The notes: generated by a model from the letters alone, not told the origin. Counted from the first letter of the stretch, positions 11,057-20,695 are shown. The stretch is 64,000 nt of DNA from Candidatus Zhuqueibacterota bacterium (GCA_016214895.1 JACRMR010000020.1:41812-105811); one strand, 5' to 3'. A program made the numbers and translations.

Positions 11057-12151
11057 CTACGCGGACTCGGCCGGCTGGTCGCCGTAGATCTCGGCGTAGA
11101 TTGCCAGCGTGGACTTCAGCAGCGCGGCGACTACGGGTCCGATCACGAAACCGAAGAATCCAAATGTTGCAATTCCGCCGATCGTACTCAGAAACACGAG
11201 CAGTTCGTGCAGATTGATTTCCCGTTTGACAAGTACGGGGCGCAGCAAGTTGTCAATATTGGCGATGGCGATCCAGCTCCAGAGAAAGAGACCGAGGCCC
11301 AGCCAGAATTTTCCGATCAACATGAGCAGGATCGCCGCCGGAAGCAGGATGATCTGCGCGCCGACAGCCGGTATCACCGACGCCACGGCCATCAAGACGG
11401 TCCAGAAGAACGGTGCGGGAATGCCGCAGATCCAAAACGCGATTCCCCCCATCGTCCCTTGCACGACCCCGATGATGCCCACCGCTTTCAGTGTAGCTTT
11501 GCTGGTGTCGAAGAAGTTCGCGATCAAGCGGCGTGATTGATTCTCCGTGAGCGGTAACACGCGGCGAACCCATTCCCCGAATCGCGCGGCATCGAGGTAG
11601 CAGAAAAAGAGCGTGTACAAGGTGACAAACAGCAGGACGGCGAATCGCGCCAGACCGCCGGCCGTACTCTGAACCAATCCGATCAGCGCCTGTCCCATCC
11701 ACGTCGCGAACTCATCAAATCGCGCGCTGAGATCGCCGACCTCGATGGGATAGTCAAAGATGTACAATCTTCCGGAGGCCGTAATTTCATTCAACCGGGC
11801 CTCAAATTCCGCCCGGTGCGGCTCGAACCACGCTTGGGCCCGATCCGCCAGCATGGCCGCATCCGACAGCATGATCAAGCCAATGGCGGTGAGCGGTACA
11901 ATGATAAACGCAATCGTCGTCAGAATCGATAGCCCGGCGGCAAGCTGATCGCGGTTGCGCGTGCGCCGCTTCCACCAGTGGAAGATCGGGACCGTGAAGA
12001 CCCACAGGATCATTCCCGCGATCACGCCGGGAATCAAGTCGGAGATGGTGAAGGTGAAGGCAACCAATAAGAGTCCCAGCAGCAACAATACGAATCTGCG
12101 TTGCTGCGGGTCGGCGGGCCGGGCAATTAGCTGCGGTTGAGATTCAGTCAT
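11057..12151 (-). CDS. AI-2E (UPF0118/PerM) family transporter
   Basis: Multi-TM; IP.VG, IDNLLRP, FLSTIGGI..FG..G.VIGP. Confidence 0.9.
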   Translation of the reverse strand: MTESQPQLIARPADPQQRRFVLLLLGLLLVAFTFTISDLIPGVIAGMILWVFTVPIFHWWKRRTRNRDQLAAGLSILTTIAFIIVPLTAIGLIMLSDAAMLADRAQAWFEPHRAEFEARLNEITASGRLYIFDYPIEVGDLSARFDEFATWMGQALIGLVQSTAGGLARFAVLLFVTLYTLFFCYLDAARFGEWVRRVLPLTENQSRRLIANFFDTSKATLKAVGIIGVVQGTMGGIAFWICGIPAPFFWTVLMAVASVIPAVGAQIILLPAAILLMLIGKFWLGLGLFLWSWIAIANIDNLLRPVLVKREINLHELLVFLSTIGGIATFGFFGFVIGPVVAALLKSTLAIYAEIYGDQPAESA

Positions 12152-12166
12152 CGCCGCGAACGCCAG

Positions 12167-12195
12167 AAGCCCCAGCGCGGCTCGCGTTGGGGCTT
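12167..12195 (-). terminator. Hairpin downstream of cpoB
   Basis: AAGCCCCAGCGCG-GCT-CGCGTTGGGGCTT. Confidence 0.5.
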
Positions 12196-12238
12196 GAGGA
12201 TGGTTAGTGCGCTCGAGTGACTAAATCCGCGCAACAAT

Positions 12239-12970
12239 CTAACGGCTGCTTTCCAATTCATCAATCCGCTGCCGCGCGACTCTCGACTCCTCGGACTGGG
12301 GGTACTGTTTTATGAGGCTCTCCCAGACCTTGCGCGCTTCGCCGGTTTGTTGATCGGCCCGGTAGCAAAGCCCGAGTTTCAGCATGGCCGCCGGGGCCTT
12401 GGGCCCCGCGGCATCCATGTCGATGACGCGCTGATACTGCTCGACGGCTTCGTCGTACTGCTTGCGCGCATAGTAGGTTTCGCCGAGGCCGTAGCGCGCG
12501 TCGTCCGCGAGGTCCGACTGCGGGTTGCTTTCGAGATATTGCAGGAATCCGACTTCAGCCAGATCGTAATTCCCCAGCGCCAGGTCCTTCTGTGCCGCGT
12601 CATAGTAATCGATACCGGAGCCGGAGTTCGAGCCGGTGGTTCCGGTGTCCTGCTGCTGCAACCACTCCTGCAGCGGAGCGAGCGAGCGGTCCATGCGTTG
12701 GACAATATCGTCCAACCGGGCCGCCAGTCCTTCCACCTTCTCTTCGAGAGTCGTGGAGCCATACTGCGACTGCGAAGTGTACGAGTGCAGGTCTGCGCCG
12801 AGCGTCTCCAGGGCCGCGGCCATGCGCTTGGTCTCGGCGCGCACGCTATCGAGTCCGCGTTCAATCTCCGCGTTCTGCTGCTGCAAATCGAAGAACTGTT
12901 TTCGCGACGCACAGCCGGTCACGGCCAGGGCTAACGCGAAGCACCCGATGATGATACGTTGAGTTTTCAT
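12239..12970 (-). CDS. cpoB: Tol-Pal system protein YbgF/CpoB (coiled coil + TPR)
   Basis: Start MKTQRIII with lipobox VTGC; coiled coil; TPRs (ADDARYGLGE, KAPAAMLKLG); follows pal. Confidence 0.9.
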   Translation of the reverse strand: MKTQRIIIGCFALALAVTGCASRKQFFDLQQQNAEIERGLDSVRAETKRMAAALETLGADLHSYTSQSQYGSTTLEEKVEGLAARLDDIVQRMDRSLAPLQEWLQQQDTGTTGSNSGSGIDYYDAAQKDLALGNYDLAEVGFLQYLESNPQSDLADDARYGLGETYYARKQYDEAVEQYQRVIDMDAAGPKAPAAMLKLGLCYRADQQTGEARKVWESLIKQYPQSEESRVARQRIDELESSR

Positions 12971-13032
12971 CTCTACCGATTCGGAACGGGTTGAGCGCCC
13001 GCCCGGGCTGCCATCCGCACACACTTCAAGCA

Positions 13033-13059
13033 GTTCGAGGGTCGAATCGACCCTCGAAC
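13033..13059 (-). terminator. Perfect hairpin between pal and cpoB
   Basis: GTTCGAGGGTCG-AAT-CGACCCTCGAAC. Confidence 0.5.
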
Positions 13060-13105
13060 GCATGTCTGCCGTCACCAACCGACCGCGCTCCCGCGCGCAG
13101 GCCGC

Positions 13106-13636
13106 TTACTTGGCGCGGAATTCCGCGCGGCGGTTGCGCGACCACGAGGACTCGGAATGCCCCGGATCCGCCGGACGCTCTTCGCCGTAACTAACGGTAC
13201 TGACACGACCGGCGGCGACGCCTTCGGCCACCAGCGCCTGCTTGGCGGCTGTCGCGCGACGCTCACCGAGCGCGAGGTTGTACTCGTTGGTGCCGCGTTC
13301 GTCGCAATGGCCTTCGATCGAGATGCTCCAGTCCGCCCATTTCTTGAAGATCTCTCCGTTGGTCTTGACTTTGTCGCGTTGATCGCCGCGAATTGCAGAC
13401 TGATCGTAGTCATAATATACGGTCTGAATACGCTGGCGATCCGCGTCCATTTGTGACTGCTGGTCGTCTCCGGAGGTGGTCGGCGTCTCCGGCTTGACTT
13501 CTTCAATGGCGGGCGGCGCTGTCACCTCTTCCGTCGTCTTGCGCGTTTTTTTCTTGCAGCCCGTCATCGAGATAGCCACGGCGAGTACGAACACGGCGAG
13601 CAGCGGAAGCAGGCGGGAGAGATTCTTCGGTTTCAT
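13106..13636 (-). CDS. pal: Peptidoglycan-associated lipoprotein Pal
   Basis: Lipobox MTGC; IEGHCDERGTNEYNLALGERRA, SYGEERP, NRRAEF. Confidence 0.96.
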   Translation of the reverse strand: MKPKNLSRLLPLLAVFVLAVAISMTGCKKKTRKTTEEVTAPPAIEEVKPETPTTSGDDQQSQMDADRQRIQTVYYDYDQSAIRGDQRDKVKTNGEIFKKWADWSISIEGHCDERGTNEYNLALGERRATAAKQALVAEGVAAGRVSTVSYGEERPADPGHSESSWSRNRRAEFRAK

Positions 13637-13707
13637 GGTGTCTCCACAAGAAGTTGTTTTGGTATGTTAGGTGATGAAATCAAACTTGGTGACGCTCGAA
13701 AGGCAGT

Positions 13708-15045
13708 TCAATTCTCGGCGGCGAAGTTCAGCGCGGGTCCCCATTGCGGCTGGGACGCATCGAGGCCGAAGCTCAACTGCCGCGCTCCGGTGCCGTCCCA
13801 GTTGCACGCCCAAATGGCTGATTTTCCGCCCTGCACCGAGGTATAGCATATTTTCATTCCGTCCGGCGACCAGCTCGGGTCGAGATTAGACCCGGGATCG
13901 GTGACGCGGCGCTCGCTGCCGTTGTCGAGCGCGATAGTGAAGATCTGAAAACCGATTTCGCGGCTTGCGAAAGCGATCAAGTCACCGCGGGGAGACCAGC
14001 GCGCGGTTTCGTTGTAGTTCCCGGCATACGTGAGCCGCTGCACGCTGGCGCCGTCCACATCCATCCGGTAGATTTGCGGTCCGCCCGCGCGGTCGGAGGT
14101 AAACACGAGTTCGCGTCCGGTCGGCGCCCACGACGGCGAAGTATCGATCCCGTAGCTGATCGTAACTTGCGATTTGCCGCTGCCGTCGGGATGCACGAGA
14201 TAGATTTCGGAGTTACCGTCGGCGGACGAGCTATAGGCGATCCAGTTACCGTCCGGCGAGCAAGCGGGCGCGCTGTCCACTCGCGGCGAAGCGATAAACG
14301 GCGCGCTTTTGCCGTTCGCCATATTCAGTTTGTAAATGTCGGCGTTGCCGCCCTTGAAGCTGGTATAATAGAGCGCTTGGCCGTCCGGCGCCCACGTCGG
14401 AGAGAAGTTCACATTGTTATCACGGGTCAGCGTGCGCGGATTGGCGCCATCCCAGTCCATGGTCCACAGCTCCTTGGTCGAGCCCGTCTTGACGACGAAC
14501 ACGATCTTGGACGTGAACGCGCCGTCCTCCCCGGTGAGCATCTTGGTGATCCACGCCGCGATCTGGTGCGCGGCATTTCGCGCGTCATCGGCCTTGAACG
14601 GAAAATCCTGTCGGTGAATCGGTTCGACGATCGGCGGCTGATAGACGGCGATCGTGGCGGTGGCCTTGTCCCACCCGGCGTTGATCGTGCCGAACACGCG
14701 CGCCACTTGCATGCCGCCAAACGTCCGCAACGTGTCATTCTTTCCGTTCACGCGGCGGACTTGAATAACGGTGTCAGCGGGCAGATCCCCGGGCTCAATC
14801 AGATTGAAATAACCGCAGTAGGCCAGATCGCCTTTCACGAAGTCGTGCAGGATCACCGGAAGTTCGCCGGCGAAATCCGCGCTGCTGCCGGCCGTGAACG
14901 GCATCAGGACCACATTCAACCGGCCCACCGATGTGGTTTCGGTTCGCAACGTAACATTCTGCGAGAACGCGACCTTGATCATGAACGCCATCAAAATCAG
15001 CAAAGCCAGTCCACCGGACAAGTGCAGCAAGCTGGCGTGCCGCAT
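13708..15045 (-). CDS. tolB: TolB beta-propeller protein (start uncertain, 15045 or upstream)
   Basis: TolB N-domain (AHQIA..I...LTG..G.F..KI.F) and PD40 repeats (P.WSPDG); within the tol-pal operon. Confidence 0.92.
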   Translation of the reverse strand: MRHASLLHLSGGLALLILMAFMIKVAFSQNVTLRTETTSVGRLNVVLMPFTAGSSADFAGELPVILHDFVKGDLAYCGYFNLIEPGDLPADTVIQVRRVNGKNDTLRTFGGMQVARVFGTINAGWDKATATIAVYQPPIVEPIHRQDFPFKADDARNAAHQIAAWITKMLTGEDGAFTSKIVFVVKTGSTKELWTMDWDGANPRTLTRDNNVNFSPTWAPDGQALYYTSFKGGNADIYKLNMANGKSAPFIASPRVDSAPACSPDGNWIAYSSSADGNSEIYLVHPDGSGKSQVTISYGIDTSPSWAPTGRELVFTSDRAGGPQIYRMDVDGASVQRLTYAGNYNETARWSPRGDLIAFASREIGFQIFTIALDNGSERRVTDPGSNLDPSWSPDGMKICYTSVQGGKSAIWACNWDGTGARQLSFGLDASQPQWGPALNFAAEN

Positions 15046-15079
15046 CGCCCGATGCAAGGATCGAACGTAACGTCGCGGC

Positions 15080-15718
15080 TTAGCGTCCGGCTTTGGGATT
15101 GACCACGAATTCAAAGTTGATTCCTAACTCACCTTTCTCATATTGCGGCGGCAGCGGCGGGAATTTGCCCGCGAAGCGTACCGCTCGTTCCGCGGCCTGA
15201 TCCAGAAGCAGATTTCCGGACCCCTTGATCAACTCGATATTCGTGATCTTACCGTCGGACTGAATCACAAAACTCACGGTGGACATGTGTTGCGCTTTCG
15301 CGCCGGGCGGCGGCCGGAAGTTCTGTTCGATCTTTGACTGCACGACCGCCAGATAGAAATCGTACTCGAACCCCGGGTTTTGCAGCGTCAGCGTCCCGGC
15401 ATCGCTCTGCCGTTCGAGTTTTGGCTGCACCGCGCGCGGCGCCGGTTCGTCCGGCTCCGGCTTTTCGAGTTTCGGCAAGACTTTGTCTTTTTGCTTCTTT
15501 GGAACTTCGAGCGGCGGCGCTTTTTTTTCCGGCAGCACCTCTTGCTCTTTCGGTTCGGTTCGCTTAGGGGCGGCCTGCGGGGCGCTCGGTCGAACCAGTT
15601 TGACCGTCGTCGCGGTTGGCAGCGGTTTGTCTTTGATCCGCCCCGGCTGACTCGCCAGAATCAGCGCGACGATGAAGACGACATGCAGCCCAATGGAGCT
15701 AAAAAGAGGTCCGCGCAC
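15080..15718 (-). CDS. tolA: TolA/TonB C-terminal domain protein
   Basis: S..LH TM anchor, Pro/Lys-rich linker, F.IQSDG.I......SGN..LDQAA.RAV. Confidence 0.8.
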   Translation of the reverse strand: MRGPLFSSIGLHVVFIVALILASQPGRIKDKPLPTATTVKLVRPSAPQAAPKRTEPKEQEVLPEKKAPPLEVPKKQKDKVLPKLEKPEPDEPAPRAVQPKLERQSDAGTLTLQNPGFEYDFYLAVVQSKIEQNFRPPPGAKAQHMSTVSFVIQSDGKITNIELIKGSGNLLLDQAAERAVRFAGKFPPLPPQYEKGELGINFEFVVNPKAGR

Positions 15719-15724
15719 GGCATT

Positions 15725-16189
15725 CTATCGTCTTCGACCATGCTTGGATTCGCCGGGTTCCGCGACCAACCCGAGATCAGCGACACCCGACAAACGCAAC
15801 GCATCGATCACGGTCAGCACTTTCGCGTAAGGGACATCCTTGTCCGCCTTCAGGAACACGGGCTGACCGGAATTGGCCTTGTAAACCTGATTAAACGCGG
15901 CGTCGAAGCCATCTTCGTCCACGGCGGCATCGTCGATCAGGATCTTGCCGCTCTTCTGCACAATGATGGTGATCCCGGTTTTCTCGCTGGGCTGCGCGGA
16001 CGCCGCCTGCGGGACCGAAATGTTCAGCGAACTCTGCATGATCGGAGCCGCGACCATGAAGATAATCAATAACACCAGCGTGACATCAACCAGGGACGTC
16101 ACGTTGATATCCGGAATCGGCGCGTAGGGAACCTTGAACTTCCCCTTGCGTCCTTTCGGCATGGATTGTTGCAGTGTCGGACCGCCCAT
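15725..16189 (-). CDS. tolR: TolR/ExbD family protein
   Basis: INVTSLVDVTLVLLIIFMV, KADKDVPY. Confidence 0.9.
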   Translation of the reverse strand: MGGPTLQQSMPKGRKGKFKVPYAPIPDINVTSLVDVTLVLLIIFMVAAPIMQSSLNISVPQAASAQPSEKTGITIIVQKSGKILIDDAAVDEDGFDAAFNQVYKANSGQPVFLKADKDVPYAKVLTVIDALRLSGVADLGLVAEPGESKHGRRR

Positions 16190-16190
16190 C

Positions 16191-16886
16191 TCAGGGCCTC
16201 GGTCTTACGACGGTGGCCGCGCTCTCGCGATCATTGCCCATGCGTTCGATGGCAAAGGCGAGATCATCCCCGAAGGCTTCGGCGCGTTCAGCTTCTTTGC
16301 GCAGCCAGGTCGAAATAAAATTGTAAGCGACGAGCGCGGGAATCGCCGCGAAGAGCCCGATCGCCGTGGCGACCAACGCTTCGGCGATCCCCGGCGCGAC
16401 GACGGCGATGTTCGCGCTGCCCCAAATCCCGATTCGCTGAAACGCGCTGATGATTCCCCACACCGTCCCCAACAGCCCCAGGAACGGTCCGGCCGAACTG
16501 CACGTCGCCAGAAACGGCAGAAAGCGCTCTGCGCGGTTCAGTTCGACGGCGGCGGCTCGGGCGAATTCGCGGCCAATAAGTTCGCTGTCGCGGGAGTCCT
16601 GGCCGCCACGCTCGATCAGTTCACGATGCACGTACAGGTAAGCACGCGCCACGATCGACGACGAGAAGCGTCGGGCTTCGCCGGCCAGGGACCGCGGATC
16701 GAACTGCGACCAGCGGTAGCGGTCGATGCCGGCATTCGCCCGCCGGACGCGGGCCATCAGCAGAAGCTTCTCTATGATAATGGTCCAGGACGCCACGGAC
16801 ATAGCTGCCAGGACCAGCAACACCAGTTTTGCAAACGGAGATGCGATCCAGACGAGTTCCCAGAGACCTCCCTGCTGCGGGGCCAT
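16191..16886 (-). CDS. tolQ: TolQ/ExbB (MotA family) protein
   Basis: PFLGLLGTVWGI, VAPGIAEALVATAIGL.AAIPA. Confidence 0.92.
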   Translation of the reverse strand: MAPQQGGLWELVWIASPFAKLVLLVLAAMSVASWTIIIEKLLLMARVRRANAGIDRYRWSQFDPRSLAGEARRFSSSIVARAYLYVHRELIERGGQDSRDSELIGREFARAAAVELNRAERFLPFLATCSSAGPFLGLLGTVWGIISAFQRIGIWGSANIAVVAPGIAEALVATAIGLFAAIPALVAYNFISTWLRKEAERAEAFGDDLAFAIERMGNDRESAATVVRPRP

Positions 16887-16965
16887 CAGATACCTATTCT
16901 CTTTTTATTCAATAATTTACAACAGACGCCCCCGCAAGAGCGAGCTGTTCATTCCATGGCAATTG

Positions 16966-16994
16966 AATATAAGGCATTACCTGTTGTATGTCAA
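16966..16994 (-). promoter_or_regulatory. Sigma70-like promoter of the tol-pal operon
   Basis: Minus strand TTGACA-17 nt-TATATT; the -35 overlaps the stop codon of the upstream gene. Confidence 0.75.
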
Positions 16995-17284
16995 GTGATA
17001 TGCGGGGTTTCGGCGGGCGGCTCGGAGCCCGGCCGTGCGCGCTGCAACAGGGTAATTGGGCTGCATGCCTCTCCGAACGAGAGGACCGCCGCGACCGTGG
17101 TCAGCCGGGCGACGGCCATCAGATAGCACCAGATCGGCAGCTCGGTGTGGTGCACCCACGGAATCAGAACCGCCTGATTACGGTAAGGTTCGTAGTCCAG
17201 CTTGTTCAGTTTCTCGCGGAATTCCGTTTCACGGACAATGCCTTCACCGGCAAGATCGTCGAGGGGGAATTTGATCAGGGACAT
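16991..17284 (-). CDS. Short DUF2480-like protein (97 aa)
   Basis: Start MSLIKF at 17284; GIVRE.EFRE.L..LDY..Y.NQAV.I......LPIW.YL pattern recalls DUF2480. The longer ORF start overlaps the upstream gene. Confidence 0.6.
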   Translation of the reverse strand: MSLIKFPLDDLAGEGIVRETEFREKLNKLDYEPYRNQAVLIPWVHHTELPIWCYLMAVARLTTVAAVLSFGEACSPITLLQRARPGSEPPAETPHIT

Positions 17285-17306
17285 GAGCGGCGGGATGGGG
17301 GTGGGA

Positions 17307-17645
17307 CTAAGCGGATATTTCCGGTCGTACGAGTCTGAGGTCGAATTCGCGATCCGCGCGTTCCTCAAGGACGATGCGATCTCCCGGTCTGAGCTTGTGC
17401 TCGGCGGTGAATCGCATCCAGCCGTGCAGTTTCGAGCGATTGCGAATTTGCATTTTCGACCGCTCGATGTCCGTTTCGATGACGAACCCAAGATCGGTGC
17501 GCAGCTTCACCGGGACTCCGCGCTCACCTTCGGCGGCGAGCGCGTCGGCGGGAAATAGCTCGAGGAACTCGAATACGCTCAAGTAACGCTCGGTGAACCA
17601 CAGGTTCTCCGCGGTCACCAGGAGCTCAACGGATTGTCGGGACAC
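17307..17645 (-). CDS. Hypothetical protein with a B3/DNA-binding pseudobarrel-like C-terminus
   Basis: 112-aa ORF fills the gap in the operon; GWMRFTAEHKLRPGDRIVL resembles the B3 GW..F.....L..GD motif. Confidence 0.55.
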   Translation of the reverse strand: MSRQSVELLVTAENLWFTERYLSVFEFLELFPADALAAEGERGVPVKLRTDLGFVIETDIERSKMQIRNRSKLHGWMRFTAEHKLRPGDRIVLEERADREFDLRLVRPEISA

Positions 17646-17695
17646 GGGAATGGTCGAGGGAGAGAGTCAGAGAGATAAGCAAGGGTGGATGGCAA

Positions 17696-17722
17696 GCGGA
17701 CTCCCCGCGCTGGAGAGTCCGC
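17696..17722 (-). terminator. Hairpin after iscA
   Basis: GCGGACTC...GAGTCCGC stem. Confidence 0.4.
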
Positions 17723-17746
17723 CGCAAATAAGCTATGTACGGGGAC

Positions 17747-18070
17747 TCAGCTCGAGAAGCTTTGGCCGCAGCCGCAGGACTTCTTGGCGTTCGGGTTCTT
17801 GAATACGAAGCCCGATCCATTCAGCCCGTCCTCATAATCGATGGTGGTCCCGTTCAAGTAGAGGTAGCTGCGCGTGTCGCACACGAGCGTGACCCCATCC
17901 TGCGAGAAGATCTGATCGTCGTCGCCGGTCTGATTGTCAAACCCGAGCACGTACTTGAAACCGCTGCAACCGCCGCCGCGCACACCCATGCGCAGTTTCC
18001 AGTCAGCCTTTTCTTCCTTGGTCATGATCTCTTTGACCTTGCTCGCTGCGGTCGGGGAGAGATTAATCAT
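17747..18070 (-). CDS. iscA: A-type Fe-S cluster carrier (IscA/ErpA/HesB)
   Basis: GGGCSG and NPNA..SCGCG.SF motifs. Confidence 0.93.
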   Translation of the reverse strand: MINLSPTAASKVKEIMTKEEKADWKLRMGVRGGGCSGFKYVLGFDNQTGDDDQIFSQDGVTLVCDTRSYLYLNGTTIDYEDGLNGSGFVFKNPNAKKSCGCGQSFSS

Positions 18071-18112
18071 GGTTGTCTTCCTTTTCTGTTTATCGGTATT
18101 CCGCGAGTGAAT

Positions 18113-19030
18113 TCAAGTTGAGCGGGCGCCACCTTGCATCAGCCGCTCCTGCGTCTCGGCCTTGTAAGAACTGCGCACAAGCGGACCGGCCTCGACGTGC
18201 CGGATGCCGAAGGATTTGCCCCACTCGGCATATTCGACAAAGCGATCGGGATGCACATACGCCATGACCGGCAAGTGTCGCGGGGAGGGCTGCAGATACT
18301 GACCGATCGTCACGAGACTGCACCCCACGTCGGCCAGGTCGCGCAGCACCTGCCGAACCTCCGCCGGAGTTTCGCCCAGCCCTACCATAATGCCGGACTT
18401 GCTGACCAGTCCGCGCTTGGCCGCGTGCCCCACGACCTGCAAGCTGCGCCAGTACTTTGCCTGCGGCCGCACCTGCAAGTGCAGGCGCGCCACGGTTTCC
18501 ATATTGTGCGCAAACACCTCCGGTTGCGCATCGAGCACGAGCTCGAGATGAGCAAGGTCCCCTTTGAAATCGGGTGTCAGCACCTCGACTTTGCAGTGCG
18601 GATTCAGCTCGTGTACGCGGCGGATGGTCTCCGCGAAGTGTGCCGCGCCGCCGTCCGGCAGCTCGTCGCGATCCACGGATGTGATGACGGTATAGCGCAA
18701 TCCCATCGCCTGAATCGCTTCGGCCGTGCGGATCGGTTCCAGCGCATCGAGCGGAAGCGGCCTGCCGGTTTTCACATTGCAGAATCCGCACGAGCGCGTG
18801 CAGGTATCGCCCATGATCATGATCGTCGCCGTTCCGCGACTCCAGCATTCGGCGCGATTTGGACACGCGGCCTCTTCGCACACCGTCGCCAGTCGTTGAC
18901 CGTGCACGATCTGTTTGACACCGTGAAACGCCTTCGTCTGACCCAGGCGAATCTTCAGCCAGTCCGGCCGCGGAACCCGCGCCTGCGATTGTGTATCTGC
19001 TTCCAGCAATGGAAGCTCAGTCAGCGCCAT
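18113..19030 (-). CDS. lipA: Lipoyl synthase
   Basis: TVCEEAACPNRAECW, CTRSCGFC, TIGQYLQPS, VRSSY. Confidence 0.97.
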   Translation of the reverse strand: MALTELPLLEADTQSQARVPRPDWLKIRLGQTKAFHGVKQIVHGQRLATVCEEAACPNRAECWSRGTATIMIMGDTCTRSCGFCNVKTGRPLPLDALEPIRTAEAIQAMGLRYTVITSVDRDELPDGGAAHFAETIRRVHELNPHCKVEVLTPDFKGDLAHLELVLDAQPEVFAHNMETVARLHLQVRPQAKYWRSLQVVGHAAKRGLVSKSGIMVGLGETPAEVRQVLRDLADVGCSLVTIGQYLQPSPRHLPVMAYVHPDRFVEYAEWGKSFGIRHVEAGPLVRSSYKAETQERLMQGGARST

Positions 19031-19036
19031 CTGGTC

Positions 19037-20695
19037 TCACTCGGTAGCCGATGTAACAATGTAAAAGCGCGGAATCCCCGGCACGATCCCGGTGGAATCG
19101 AGATAGGTCGTATCCGTGGTGCTCCCTTCAAAGGTCTCAAACGGCGTTTCGGGATTCACGCTGGAATAAACTTTGTACAGCGGTTGATTCTCCGAATTCC
19201 AGATCAACCGGACAAACTCGTTTTCCGGATGAATCACCAGAGCGGTTGGCGGCGGCATCATCGGCGGCGGGGTAATGCGGAACCAATTCGCGTAAGAATC
19301 GCCGGTGTCATTGCGCAAGTCCACCCAGCACGCATAGAATCCGTCAGCACTGAAGGTCGTGCCGTTGTAGTCACCAAGAAACGTGCTGGTCGTCGGATCG
19401 CTCACGGCATCGCTGATCGGGAAGTTCGGCTCCCATGTGACCCCGCCGTCCGTCGAGATAGATCCGTAAGCCTTGTACGTGCAATTGGCGGGATCATCCC
19501 GGGTGTCGAGCCAGGCGATTCCGATGTCGCCCGTCGCTGGATTAACGCTCATCCAGTGAAACCACTGCCAGTGACCGGTAATGTCGTCTTCGACGTGCAC
19601 CGGCGGCGTCCAGTTGGTACCGCCGTCTTGCGAACTGATGAACAGGACATCAGGGTTGCCGCTGCTGCAGTCCACCCAACTGCAGTAGAGCCAGCCACGG
19701 CGCGGACCATCTGAAATATCGCAGCCCACGACCGGATATCCTTCGACTCGCCAGGTCCCGCACCCCGGCGTGGGAAACGCATTATTGAAATTGGCAATCG
19801 TATGATCGAGATGCCAAGTATCTCCGCCGTCCAGCGAATAGTCCAGCTTGATCGTGTTGGTCGAGTAGCTGTTCCACACGGCGTAGATCTCGCCGTTGGG
19901 ACCTACGGTAGGACAGGAAAACTGGGTACTGGTCCCTCCGGAAATCTGAACTGGAGTGGAAAACGACGCACCGCCTGTGGTTGACCTGGCAAAGTAGATC
20001 ACGGACCCGCCGGTCGCACGGAACTTCGTCCACGTCACATAGTAATTGTCAAGGTACGGCGAGCCCACACTGTAGTCACTACAAGCGTAAGGCTTGTCTT
20101 CAAAGTCCGGAGTTCCGCCGCCCACATGTTCCAGGACCGGGACCGGCGCGGCCCACGTCGCGCCGCTGTCCACTGACGTTTGCGAATAGATACCGTTATC
20201 GACGCCGGGGTCGCGGTCAAACGCGATGTAAAGCGCGTAGAGTCTTCCGCTGAGATCAGCGCTGGCAACCGGGTCGCCGGCCGCATCGTAACTCCCCACG
20301 GGTCCGCGCGTGACCAGTGCATCGGTGAAAGTCAGTCCGCCGTCCACCGTGCGGTAGAAGCCGCCCGAGGCATCGCCGTTTCGATAATCGTTGGCGCCGG
20401 TCAACACGATGCCCGGATTGAGCGGGCTGGCGGCGGCCGTCATTTCGTTCTGGCGGCTGCCGAACGGATCTTGATTGCAGCGGACGTTCGCACCCACATC
20501 GTCGAGGCTCCGGACTTGACGACGCTCGCTGACCGGGGGATAGAGCACCACTCCGGAGATCGGCACGCCCGCGCGCACTTGCAGTTCGAGTGCCCGCGTG
20601 GACACTCGTCGCTCCGCGCCATTTGCCGACCCCGCACTCGATCCAAGTAACAGCGAACACAGACAACAACACATCAACGCGCAAAGTCTAATCAT
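19037..20695 (-). CDS. Secreted BNR/Asp-box (sialidase-like) beta-propeller protein with Fn3-like C-terminal domain
   Basis: Signal peptide; Asp-boxes (TVDGG.TF, SVDSG.TW, SLDGG.TW, SQDGG.NW, STDGG.TW); QNE, GDP, EDKP, FLGDY motifs. Confidence 0.8.
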   Translation of the reverse strand: MIRLCALMCCCLCSLLLGSSAGSANGAERRVSTRALELQVRAGVPISGVVLYPPVSERRQVRSLDDVGANVRCNQDPFGSRQNEMTAAASPLNPGIVLTGANDYRNGDASGGFYRTVDGGLTFTDALVTRGPVGSYDAAGDPVASADLSGRLYALYIAFDRDPGVDNGIYSQTSVDSGATWAAPVPVLEHVGGGTPDFEDKPYACSDYSVGSPYLDNYYVTWTKFRATGGSVIYFARSTTGGASFSTPVQISGGTSTQFSCPTVGPNGEIYAVWNSYSTNTIKLDYSLDGGDTWHLDHTIANFNNAFPTPGCGTWRVEGYPVVGCDISDGPRRGWLYCSWVDCSSGNPDVLFISSQDGGTNWTPPVHVEDDITGHWQWFHWMSVNPATGDIGIAWLDTRDDPANCTYKAYGSISTDGGVTWEPNFPISDAVSDPTTSTFLGDYNGTTFSADGFYACWVDLRNDTGDSYANWFRITPPPMMPPPTALVIHPENEFVRLIWNSENQPLYKVYSSVNPETPFETFEGSTTDTTYLDSTGIVPGIPRFYIVTSATE

